Below, in pieces: positions 50,309-59,122 of a DNA stretch of 64,000 bases (the first letter of the stretch is position 1; each line of letters starts with the position of its first letter). The position numbers and the translations under genes were made by a program. This DNA is from an uncultured Fibrobacterota bacterium (GTDB lineage Bacteria > Fibrobacterota > Chitinivibrionia > Chitinivibrionales > FEN-1185): positions 160,001 to 224,000 of the forward strand of contig CAVSQB010000028.1 in NCBI GenBank assembly GCA_963729895.1. Reading direction: 5' to 3'. Below the pieces are notes generated by a model. The model was given only the letters and a program-made list of their open reading frames with translations. It was not told the origin of the DNA and made no database searches.

Positions 50309-51613
50309 CGTGTTGCCTCATAATAAAAGGTAACCGAAGGGTCAGATTCGATGCCTCACAAATGAGGTAACCGTAACAAGGTTGAAAATGGTTTTGAGTT
50401 TTCTTTCGATAGTCTTTTTTAATTGGAATGGATTGAGAGCACGGTGGGTCAGTTCAAGGCTTTGCTTGACTTCTGAAGCTATGTAAGGTGATTCAACGAT
50501 TCTTTGATAGGGAGTTTTCGGTTCTTCATAGGTCTTGCGGTATCGAGATCCTATCCGGATTTTAGATTTGAGTTTCAGCGATGGACAGAAGTGGTTTTGA
50601 TAGAGAGACCACTCGTTGGCATAGAGGTCGTTAATGAGGGGAAGCGTGTCGGGGTTTTCGATCCGATCATAACCAAGCATGTGCCTGGCCTGCGCCCAGT
50701 TTTTCTGTTCGACATGGGCGTTGTCGTTTTTCTTGTAGGGACGTGACCGGGTGAACTTTACAGGGTCTTGTCGCACGGCGAAGTAGCGTTCGAGATGATA
50801 GTTGAGGAACTCGGACCCGTTATCACAGTCAAAGCCACGCAGGGCAAAAGGTATTCGTCGTTCGATGTCTTTAACCTGCTCAATGACACCCTGGGAGCCC
50901 TTATTCCACACAGCACGGCCTTCGGTCCAAGCAGTATGGATGTCAGTCATGATAAGGCTCCACACAAATTCTCCGGCAAGGCTGGTGCCGCAATGGGCAA
51001 CCGTATCCGCCTCCATGAATCCAGGCTGGGTAATATCCCAGTTGTCGGTACGGATGGGGATTTGATTGCGCAGCATGGAGCCGGGCTTGGTGCCGCACAA
51101 TCCCTTGCCCATACGCGTACGTAAAGGGCATAGGACGCGGTCAAGCGTGGAGCGGCTGACAGAGAGGAGCCGCGCACGGACTTCCTCGGAAAGCAGTTCA
51201 AAGGATTGTTCGTAGAATGGCAGCCATACTGGAATGACAACCTTAAGGCGGCGAGAGCACATGAAATCAGAGGCTTTCCAGATGTACTGTAACGCCTTAA
51301 TAAAAAGCGGTTCAGCATATAAGGGTCTTCTTCCACGCTTGGCTTTTTGTTTCTGTTTGCGTTTTCCAAGTAGCCGGATAGCGTACTTGCGATTGTATCG
51401 GCAAATCGCACAAAACTCATCGAGAATCTGCTTTTTGCCGGCTCTGTTGGAATGGGCATATCGTTGTCGTATCGCTTCCCGATATGCTTCTTTTTCTTTG
51501 TGCCCCATAGTGGTAACCCCCTTTTTTCTTGGGTTACCTTAATTATGAGGCAACGAATCAATTGGTGCGTGTTTCGATTAAGCCTTCGGTTACATTTAAT
51601 TTGAGGCAATGCG
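50309..51613 (-). mobile_element. IS element with rve-type DDE transposase (ISNCY-like)
   Basis: ~28-bp imperfect IRs TTGCCTCATAATAAAAGGTAACCGAAGG vs TTGCCTCAAATTAAATGTAACCGAAGG; flanking direct repeat CCAT(CG) at 50305 and 51614. Confidence 0.85.
50342..51508 (-). CDS. Integrase-core (rve) DDE transposase
   Basis: PGFMEADTVAHCG, DCDNGSEF, RSRPYKKNDNAHVEQKN. Confidence 0.92.
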   Translation of the reverse strand: MGHKEKEAYREAIRQRYAHSNRAGKKQILDEFCAICRYNRKYAIRLLGKRKQKQKAKRGRRPLYAEPLFIKALQYIWKASDFMCSRRLKVVIPVWLPFYEQSFELLSEEVRARLLSVSRSTLDRVLCPLRTRMGKGLCGTKPGSMLRNQIPIRTDNWDITQPGFMEADTVAHCGTSLAGEFVWSLIMTDIHTAWTEGRAVWNKGSQGVIEQVKDIERRIPFALRGFDCDNGSEFLNYHLERYFAVRQDPVKFTRSRPYKKNDNAHVEQKNWAQARHMLGYDRIENPDTLPLINDLYANEWSLYQNHFCPSLKLKSKIRIGSRYRKTYEEPKTPYQRIVESPYIASEVKQSLELTHRALNPFQLKKTIERKLKTIFNLVTVTSFVRHRI

Positions 51614-51641
51614 CCATCGGCTCCTGCACGCCGATTTTCCC

Positions 51642-51670
51642 TTGTTCCGAAACCTCTCCCATCGTATACT
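51642..51670 (+). promoter_or_regulatory. Candidate sigma70 promoter for the ackA fusion gene
   Basis: TTGTTC-17 bp-TATACT, 57 bp upstream of the ATG. Confidence 0.3.
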
Positions 51671-51727
51671 ATTGACACCAAATTATCGTTTATCCGCAGG
51701 TGCCCGTACATCATCAAGGAATGACTC

Positions 51728-54049
51728 ATGGAACCACAGGACCTCTTTGCCTTTCTCCGCGAAAAGGTGGAGCTGTTCAAGGATTTTCCCGAGCCTCGCC
51801 TCAAGGAACTTGTCGCCGGATCGCGCGTAACAACCTTTGAGGGCAATGAAGCGGTGATCGAATTCGGTGAAGAAGGGAGATTTCTCGGCGTGCTTATTAC
51901 CGGCCAGGCCGAGGCGGCGGTGACCGACAATACCGGGCGCAAGGTGCGCCTCAACCTTCTTGAAGCGGGCAGCATTTTCGGCGAAATGTCGCTTATGACC
52001 GGCAACCAGACCATCGCGAACATCATCGGGATAACCCGGTGCGAGGCGCTTCTTATTCCACAACAACTTTTCTCAACCGTTCTCATAACCTATCCGCCGG
52101 CCATTCGCTATCTGTCGCGCGAAATGACCCTTCGCACTACGCAATGGGCCACTCTGCACAACCTGGCAGCCGAGGCGCTGCAAAAGAGCGACGATCCCTA
52201 CGGCCTCAAGCTCAAATCCGAGGCGCCGTCAAAATTGCTTGTTGTCAATTGCGGTTCGTCGTCGCTCAAATATTCGTTGTTCGACACCGCCAATGAAGCG
52301 CGGGTGGTCCGCGGCTCCATTGAGCGCATAGGCACTCCCGGGGTAAAGCATGTGTGCCGCGTGGGGGAAAGGAACGCGGCCGTGGCCGTTCCCGGCGCAG
52401 GCGGCCACCGCGACGCGTTTCGCGCCATGGTGGAGACGCTTGCTTCAAAGGAAGTGGGCGCCATGAACGGTCCGGCGGACATTTCCGCCGTGGGCCACCG
52501 TGTGGTGCACGGCGGGGACAAGCTCATCACGCCGGCGGTGATAACCGGTGAGGTGATTGCAGCCATCGAGGAAGCCTCCGCACTTGCGCCTCTGCACAAC
52601 CCCGTCAACCTTGCCGGCATCAAAGAAGCAATGCGTTTGTTTCCGCACGTGCCGCATGTCGCGGTGTTCGATACCGCCTTCCACTCAACCCTGCCGCCGT
52701 ACGCGTATATGTACGGCCTGCCGTACGAGTTTTACAAAGAGAAGAAAATCAGGCGGTACGGGTTTCACGGCACATCGCATTTGTATGTGTCGCTCAAGGC
52801 CGCCGAATTCCTCAAACGTCCGTTTTCCGGAATCGATCTGGTGTCGTGCCACTTGGGAAACGGCGCATCGCTGTGCGCCGTGGACCACGGCCGAAGCGTG
52901 GACACCTCTATGGGATTCACGCCGACCCAAGGTTTGCTGATGGGAACGCGCAGCGGAGACCTTGATCCCGGCATCCTCATCCACCTGATGCGCACCGAGA
53001 ACATGGGCGCCGACGACATGGAAAAGCTCATCAACAACAAAAGCGGATTCCTCGGCATGTCGGGCATCACAAACGACATGCGGGAAATCGAAAAGGCCGC
53101 CGCACAGGGTCATCACCGGGCGCTCCTCGCCTACAAGACGTTCTGCTACCAGATCCGCAAATACATCGGCGCGTATGTCGCCGCCATGCAGGGACTCGAT
53201 GCGGTGATATTTACAGGCGGGATAGGCCAGGGCAGCGCAGGCGTGCGGAGCCTGGCGTGCCAGGGCCTTGGCTACATGGGAATCGAGATTGACGAAAAGA
53301 AGAACCGGGGCATCGACGGTTTTGCGACCGTGAGCGATGTTTCGGCCGACGGGTCGCGCGTGAGGGTGCTGGTGGTCCCCACCGACGAAGAGCGTATGAT
53401 CGCGCGCGAAACCATACGCACCGTTTCGTCGGGCTACATCGCCGACATCATCAAGACGCAGAAGAACACGCCCATTCCCATTGAGGTGTCGGCGCACCAT
53501 GTGCATCTTGCGGCCGGGAACGTTGAGGCCTTATTCGGTGCGGGCCACACGCTCACGCCGGCTCACGAGCTGTCGCAGCGCGGACAATTCGCATGCAGGG
53601 AAACCGTGAATCTTGTCGGCCCCAAGGGCCGAGTGGACCGCGTGCGCGTACTCGGGCCCGTGCGAAAGGAAACCCAGGTGGAAATCGCCATGACGGAGCA
53701 GTTCAAGCTCGGCATACATCCGCCCATCCGCGAATCAGGCGATTTGGAAAACACGCCCGGCATCACCATAGAGGGCAGCGACGGGTCAATCTCCATACCC
53801 AAGGGCGTGATATGCGCGCTGCGTCATATCCACATGTCAACCGAAGACGTGCTCAAATTCGGGCTGCGCGACAAATTCAAGGTGCGCGTGCGCGTGGAAG
53901 GCCAGCGAGAGCTTGTTTTCGGCGACGTGCTGATACGGGTGGACCCGGCGTTCAAGTTGTCCATGCACATCGACACCGATGAGGCGAATGCGGCGAATAT
54001 CGGGTCAGGGGCCATCGGGCATGTTGAGGCGGGGCAGACGAGGGATTAA
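51728..54049 (+). CDS. ackA: Fusion protein: cNMP-binding domain + acetate kinase + PduL phosphotransacylase
   Basis: FGEMSL cNMP fold; NCGSSSLKY, GHRVVHGG, APLHNP, YGFHGTSH, TRSGDLDP, PTDEE (AckA); VSAHHVHL, RVLGP.R, RHIHM, MHIDTDEANA (PduL). Confidence 0.93.
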   Translation: MEPQDLFAFLREKVELFKDFPEPRLKELVAGSRVTTFEGNEAVIEFGEEGRFLGVLITGQAEAAVTDNTGRKVRLNLLEAGSIFGEMSLMTGNQTIANIIGITRCEALLIPQQLFSTVLITYPPAIRYLSREMTLRTTQWATLHNLAAEALQKSDDPYGLKLKSEAPSKLLVVNCGSSSLKYSLFDTANEARVVRGSIERIGTPGVKHVCRVGERNAAVAVPGAGGHRDAFRAMVETLASKEVGAMNGPADISAVGHRVVHGGDKLITPAVITGEVIAAIEEASALAPLHNPVNLAGIKEAMRLFPHVPHVAVFDTAFHSTLPPYAYMYGLPYEFYKEKKIRRYGFHGTSHLYVSLKAAEFLKRPFSGIDLVSCHLGNGASLCAVDHGRSVDTSMGFTPTQGLLMGTRSGDLDPGILIHLMRTENMGADDMEKLINNKSGFLGMSGITNDMREIEKAAAQGHHRALLAYKTFCYQIRKYIGAYVAAMQGLDAVIFTGGIGQGSAGVRSLACQGLGYMGIEIDEKKNRGIDGFATVSDVSADGSRVRVLVVPTDEERMIARETIRTVSSGYIADIIKTQKNTPIPIEVSAHHVHLAAGNVEALFGAGHTLTPAHELSQRGQFACRETVNLVGPKGRVDRVRVLGPVRKETQVEIAMTEQFKLGIHPPIRESGDLENTPGITIEGSDGSISIPKGVICALRHIHMSTEDVLKFGLRDKFKVRVRVEGQRELVFGDVLIRVDPAFKLSMHIDTDEANAANIGSGAIGHVEAGQTRD

Positions 54050-54059
54050 TAATTATTTG

Positions 54060-54960
54060 GGTGATTATAAAACATCTTGCACAGGAATTATCTTGTGCAT
54101 ATGGGCTTTAGTCAATTAGAAACCTTTGAATTCATAGGGAAAACTGAAAACAGGGCAAAATTGTTCCTCAGAAAGTTCTGTTGGAAAAATGGCCATGTTT
54201 TCTGCATCAATTGTAACAGCCATAAAATCTATCGTTTAAAAGGTAAAAAGTTCAGGTGCAAACGATGCGGAAATACCTTTCATGACTTCTCGAATCGGTG
54301 GATTGGTCAGTGCCGCGTCCCTCTGAAAAAGCTGCTGTGGATCATTAAGCTCTTTGAACTGGAAGTCTCAGCACGCAGGATAGCAACTCAGATCGGTTTG
54401 AGCTATCCCACGGTCTTGCGGATGTGTAATCTCATCCGAAGGGCCTTGATGGTCGCTGAAAGCGATTTCTGGCTCTCTGGAGAGGTTGAGCTCGATGAAT
54501 CCTACTTCGGCGGCAGGCGTAAAGGTAAACGTGGCCGGGGTGCTGCCGGAAAGGTTCCCGTCTTTGGTATCCTGGAGAGACACGGAAAAGTGAAGGTGAC
54601 AGTAGTAAAAAACGTCACTGCCGAAAGCCTGTTGACTGAGACTGTGAAAATGGTCAGACGAGGCTCCATCATTTACACTGACAAATTCCGCGGCTATGAC
54701 GCCCTGATGTTCTGCGGTTATCGGCATTTGAGAGTCGACCATGGGAAAAGATTTGCCACAGGCAAAGTTTATATTAACGGTTTGGAAGGCTTCTGGAGCT
54801 ATGCTAAGGAACGTCTTGCAAAGTTCCATGGAGTCTCCAAAGAATACTTTCCAGGGTATCTGAACGAAATGGCTTTTCGGTACAATCATCGTCATGAAAA
54901 TTTCTTTGAAAAACTTGTCAAAATGATCACTAATTTGGTGCAAGATCCTTTATAATTACC
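54060..54960 (+). mobile_element. IS1595-family insertion sequence (901 bp)
   Basis: IRs GGTGATTATAAAACATCTTGCAC vs GGTAATTATAAAGGATCTTGCAC; 8-bp duplication ATTATTTG at 54052-54059 and 54961-54968. Confidence 0.94.
54101..54955 (+). CDS. IS1595-family transposase
   Basis: C..C/C..C Zn ribbon, HTH, VELDESYFGG, YTD, INGLEGFW. Confidence 0.94.
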   Translation: MGFSQLETFEFIGKTENRAKLFLRKFCWKNGHVFCINCNSHKIYRLKGKKFRCKRCGNTFHDFSNRWIGQCRVPLKKLLWIIKLFELEVSARRIATQIGLSYPTVLRMCNLIRRALMVAESDFWLSGEVELDESYFGGRRKGKRGRGAAGKVPVFGILERHGKVKVTVVKNVTAESLLTETVKMVRRGSIIYTDKFRGYDALMFCGYRHLRVDHGKRFATGKVYINGLEGFWSYAKERLAKFHGVSKEYFPGYLNEMAFRYNHRHENFFEKLVKMITNLVQDPL

Positions 54961-54989
54961 ATTATTTGAGTGCAAGGTAATTTAAAAAG

Positions 54990-55161
54990 AAAGAGTTGGG
55001 CGTTCCCCCTTGTCTAGACGCGCAGGATTGCGCGCCCGGACAAGGGGTCGGCCCTCCTTCCGGTCTCGGCCTTCGGCTTCGGGCCGCCACGGCCCTATGC
55101 CGCGTCGCGGCGGGTCCGGGCGGCACCGCGCTCCAGCGCGGCCTCCAGTCCGGCCTAACGT
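54990..55161 (+). repeat. Structured intergenic repeat/ncRNA, copy 3 of 3 (Flavo-1-like)
   Basis: AAAGAGTTGGGCGTTCCCC...GGGGTCGGCCCTCCTTCCGG...CAGTCCGGCCTAACG. Confidence 0.65.
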
Positions 55162-55174
55162 GCCGAGAGTGTTC

Positions 55175-55362
55175 TTGTTTATCAAGAAGCATTTGTGGCT
55201 CCAGCCATGCAGATGGTTAGTTACGAAAAAGATCAAATCATCCACACTATTTCTTGAAACAACAATCATCAACCAGTCGCTTTCTTTCCTGACCACCACT
55301 CTCCGTGTGTGCCCCCACACGTGTGTCTGGTTCTGCCACTGTTTCCGCTTGGGGGTCACCAA
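55175..55362 (-). pseudogene. Possible DDE transposase remnant
   Basis: Reading frame ...VVVRKESDWLMIVVSRN...IFFVTNHL..WS resembles IS4/IS701-type catalytic-domain segments; no intact gene. Confidence 0.25.
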
Positions 55363-55405
55363 GGAGGGGGTATGGGTTCAGACAACCGGCGTTTACAAAA
55401 AGAAA

Positions 55406-55429
55406 GGGCACATCATGATGTGCCCCTAC
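55406..55429 (-). repeat. GTAG-type REP palindrome
   Basis: Minus strand GTAG followed by the perfect 20-bp palindrome GGGCACATCATGATGTGCCC. Confidence 0.6.
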
Positions 55430-55454
55430 GCTGCGCCGGTTGGCTGAGCCCTAG

Positions 55455-56766
55455 CAGGGTGTTGAAAAAGTCTCCCTTTTGTAAACATTTATCCTTATAT
55501 TATAGGGGAACCCCAACCAAGGAGTATTGATGAGAGGTTCCCAGCCAGCCCAAGGCGGTATGTTCAGCTTCGTTTCTCCGGATTCCCGAGTGCCGGCAAC
55601 GCACCCGCTTCGTCGTGTCAAACAGTTTACGGACATAGCGCTGCGCCGCCTTTCTCGTGACTTTGAGGCGATGTACAGCCGGATGGGACGCCCTTCGATA
55701 CCGCCGGAATGGCTTTTGAAAGCACAGATATTGATGGCTTTGTTTTCGATACGGTCGGACCGGTTGTTTTGCGAGATGCTGGACTATAACATTCTGTTCC
55801 GATGGTTTCTTGACATGGATCTGGATGCGGCATCGTTTGATCATAGTGTGTTTTCGAAGAACCGAGATCGACTTATGGAACAGGAGATTGCGCACCGGCT
55901 GATGCAGGAAATCGTGCGTCTTGCTCGTTCCGAAGAGTTGTTGTCCGATGAGCATTTCACGGTTGACGGCACGTTGATTGAAGCCTGGGCATCGATGAAG
56001 AGCTTCAAGCGAAAAGACGCGGAATCGGCGAACAAGACTGACGATGATCGGAGTAATCCGTCGGTTGATTTCCACCATGAGAAGCGAAGCAATGAGACAC
56101 ATCAGAGTTCGACCGATCCAGAGGCGCGGTTGGCTCGGAAGAACAAGAGAACGGGAGCGCAGCTGGCGTATTCCGGTCACGTGCTGATGGAAAACCGAAA
56201 TGGGTTGTGTGTTGATATCGCCATTGCGCCAGCGACGGGGACAGCGGAACGGGATATGGCGCTTGAGCTGATAAAGCATGAACGCAGGCGCGGAAAACGC
56301 CGGATGAAGACGGTGGGTGCAGACAAAGGGTATCATGCAACCGAATTTATCAAGAGCCTGCGACGCCTGCACGTGAAGCCTCACATTGCCGAGAAGGCCA
56401 ACACTTCGCTTAAAGGGTTGGATGGAAGAACGACTCGGCATAAGGGATACAGCGTAAGTCAAAGGAAACGAAAACGGGTTGAAGAGATATTTGGGTGGAT
56501 CAAGAGCGTCGGTGGCCTGCGGAAAACTCGGGTAAGAGGAATACGAATCAACCAGACTGTTGCCTACGTGGTTGCCGCAGCGTACAACTTGATACGCATG
56601 GTTAAGTTGATGCCGCAAACGGTGGGGGCAGCATGAGAATGGCCTGGGAATCCGGGGAAATGCCTCGGAACGAGGCAGGTAAAACCTCTCTGACATATGT
56701 AAAGTTGAAGTTAGGTTCATAAAAAATCAACAAGAGCGCTTCTGTTAGGACTATTTCAACAACCTG
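55455..56766 (+). mobile_element. IS5-family insertion sequence, copy B (1312 bp)
   Basis: Same IRs as copy A; CTAG duplication at 55451-55454 and 56767-56770. Confidence 0.95.
55527..56636 (+). CDS. IS5-family transposase
   Basis: Translation matches copy A except DPEARLARK vs DPEALLARK. Confidence 0.95.
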   Translation: MMRGSQPAQGGMFSFVSPDSRVPATHPLRRVKQFTDIALRRLSRDFEAMYSRMGRPSIPPEWLLKAQILMALFSIRSDRLFCEMLDYNILFRWFLDMDLDAASFDHSVFSKNRDRLMEQEIAHRLMQEIVRLARSEELLSDEHFTVDGTLIEAWASMKSFKRKDAESANKTDDDRSNPSVDFHHEKRSNETHQSSTDPEARLARKNKRTGAQLAYSGHVLMENRNGLCVDIAIAPATGTAERDMALELIKHERRRGKRRMKTVGADKGYHATEFIKSLRRLHVKPHIAEKANTSLKGLDGRTTRHKGYSVSQRKRKRVEEIFGWIKSVGGLRKTRVRGIRINQTVAYVVAAAYNLIRMVKLMPQTVGAA

Positions 56767-56823
56767 CTAGGGGGGAAACTTCCCCCGCAAGAAAATCATT
56801 ATACCAATATTGACAAATAACTC

Positions 56824-57852
56824 CTACGCCTTTTCCGCCAACTCCTTTATCAACCTCTCCGTATCTTCCCATCCCAGACACGGATCGGTAATCGACTTTC
56901 CGTACACTTTTTCGTCCGGCTTCTGCGTGCCTTCTTCGATGAAGCTCTCGATCATGAGCCCGCGTACGATCTTGCGCAAGAGCGGCGAATGCCTCCGGCT
57001 CTCCATGATTTCCAGGGCGATCCGCGGCTGTTCCTTGTATTTTTTGTTTGAATTCGAGTGGTTGGTGTCAACGACGATTGCCGGATTGACAAGCCCGCGT
57101 TTGTGGTATTTTTCGGCGCACAGCATCAAGTCTTCGTAATGGTAGTTGGGGATGTTCTGGCCGTAGTGGTTGACCGCGCCGCGCAGCACCGCGTGGGCGT
57201 GGGGGTTGCCGCTGGTGCTTACTTCCCATCCGTTGTACAAAAACACGTGGCCCACCTGGGCCGCGGCGATTGCGTTGAACATGACCTCCAGGTCGCCGCT
57301 GGTCGGGTTTTTTGCGCCTATGGGAATGTCGAGCCCGCTCACCGTAAGCCGGTGCGCCTGGTTCTCAACCGAGCGCGCACCGATTGCGACGTAGGAAAGC
57401 AAATCCTGGAGGTACGGATAGTTTTCCGGGTAAAGCATTTCGTCGGCCGCGGTGAGCCCGGTTTCCGACAGCGCGCGGATGTGCATGCGGCGGATCGCGC
57501 GCAGCCCTTCGACGATGTTGGGCTCCTTTTGCGGGTCGGGCTGGTGCGCCATGCCCTTGTAACCGACACCGGTGGTTCGCGGCTTGTTTGTGTAAATGCG
57601 CGGGACAAGAACAAGCCGGTCTTTTACCGCTTCGCCGGCCTTTGCGAGCCTGTTAATGTAGTCGCACACCGCGTCCTCGTCGTGCGCCGAGCACGGACCG
57701 ACAATCAGCACGAACCGGTCGGTCTTTCCCGACAGGGCATCGATGATGGTTCTGTCGCGCTCGCTCTTGATGTCGGCAAAATACTTTGACAGAGGCATCT
57801 GAGAGATGATTTCCTTGACAGTGGGCACTTTCTTCAGTTTCTTGAAGCTCAT
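56824..57852 (-). CDS. aroF: Class I-alpha DAHP synthase (AroF/G/H type)
   Basis: VGPCSAH, KPRTTG.GYKG, IGARS.E.Q.HR, LRG, D.NHSNS, YGKSITDPCLGW. Confidence 0.93.
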   Translation of the reverse strand: MSFKKLKKVPTVKEIISQMPLSKYFADIKSERDRTIIDALSGKTDRFVLIVGPCSAHDEDAVCDYINRLAKAGEAVKDRLVLVPRIYTNKPRTTGVGYKGMAHQPDPQKEPNIVEGLRAIRRMHIRALSETGLTAADEMLYPENYPYLQDLLSYVAIGARSVENQAHRLTVSGLDIPIGAKNPTSGDLEVMFNAIAAAQVGHVFLYNGWEVSTSGNPHAHAVLRGAVNHYGQNIPNYHYEDLMLCAEKYHKRGLVNPAIVVDTNHSNSNKKYKEQPRIALEIMESRRHSPLLRKIVRGLMIESFIEEGTQKPDEKVYGKSITDPCLGWEDTERLIKELAEKA

Positions 57853-58164
57853 CAGGTTCCGTTCTCGAGTGTGGTTTTCCTGCCGGCGTTACGATAAGAA
57901 TATACAATTCGCTCAATAAAAACACCGTTGCCGCGCAAGTCAAGATCACAACCGCGTCATGGCGAGGCTTTCTCACCTGCTCGTTCATGCTTCCCAAAAT
58001 CACCGTGCCGCTGATCTCACCCGGAATCTGGACCGGGCAAGTTCACTCATGCCCAATTTTCGTGCCTTTTGTCCGCAACCTGATTATTTTATGACCTGCG
58101 TCCCTGCATTTGCATGCCCGGCAATCGTCTGTGCCTTTCGAACAAGCAACGGGAAGGACCTCGT

Positions 58165-59082
58165 ATGAACGCCGCCATTGTCGCAAGCAACCTCTCAAAG
58201 AAGTTCGGCGAATTCACCGCTGTAAACGGCATATCGTTTGAAATCGGCCAAGGCGAATGCTTCGGGTTTCTGGGGCCGAACGGCGCGGGGAAGACCACCA
58301 CCGTCCGAATGATCCACTGCGTTTCGCCGGTATCGTCGGGCTCGGTTACCGTGTTCGGTGAAACGGCGGGACTTGAGAACCGGAAGATTAAGGCCATGAC
58401 CGGCGTGATACCGCAGGAGATCAACCTCGATTCCGGGCTCACGGTGGCGGAAAATCTCCTCGTGTTTTCGCGCTTCTTCGACATCCCGGGCAACGAGGCG
58501 AAGAAAAAGGTGGCGGAACTCCTCGCGTTTGTGGAGATCGAGGCAAAAAAGAACAGCAGGATAGACGAACTCTCCACCGGCATGAAGCGGAGGCTGCTTG
58601 TCGCACGCGCATTGCTCAACAAACCCCGGCTCATTATTGCCGACGAGCCCACCACCGGCCTCGACCCCCAGGCCCGGCATCTTATCTGGCAGCGGCTGCG
58701 GCTGCTTGCGAGCCAGGGCACCACGCTGATTCTCACCACGCAATACATGGAAGAAGCGGAACAGTTGTGCAACCGGCTCGTGGTCATGGACGAAGGCCGT
58801 ATCCTCAAGCAAGGCTCGCCGCGGCAGCTTGTTTCGGACGAAATAGGAAAAGAAGTCGTCGAAATAAGAATCGACAAGGCACAGGACGAGATGTTGATCA
58901 ACCTGGCGGCGGGGTGCAGCTGCGGGCACGAAAGGGCGGGCGATACCCTCTATTTTTATTGCAGCGAGGGCCACGACCTGGTGAAGAAAGTGATCGACCT
59001 CGGGCTGCCGAATGTGCGCAACAGGCCGGCAACGCTGGAAGACGTTTTTCTTAAATTGACAGGCAGGAGTCTTGTGGAATGA
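58165..59082 (+). CDS. ABC-2 exporter ATP-binding protein (NodI-like)
   Basis: GPNGAGKT, LSTGMKRR, DEPTTGLDPQARHLIW, RPATLEDVFL.LTGR. Confidence 0.92.
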   Translation: MNAAIVASNLSKKFGEFTAVNGISFEIGQGECFGFLGPNGAGKTTTVRMIHCVSPVSSGSVTVFGETAGLENRKIKAMTGVIPQEINLDSGLTVAENLLVFSRFFDIPGNEAKKKVAELLAFVEIEAKKNSRIDELSTGMKRRLLVARALLNKPRLIIADEPTTGLDPQARHLIWQRLRLLASQGTTLILTTQYMEEAEQLCNRLVVMDEGRILKQGSPRQLVSDEIGKEVVEIRIDKAQDEMLINLAAGCSCGHERAGDTLYFYCSEGHDLVKKVIDLGLPNVRNRPATLEDVFLKLTGRSLVE

Positions 59083-59122
59083 TGTGCGGTGCCGGCCTTA
59101 CGTTTGAAGAAAAGGGCGTTTC

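Noticed and set aside
50309..54960. Composite transposon carrying the ackA fusion
   Set aside because: The flanking elements belong to different families and each has its own target duplication
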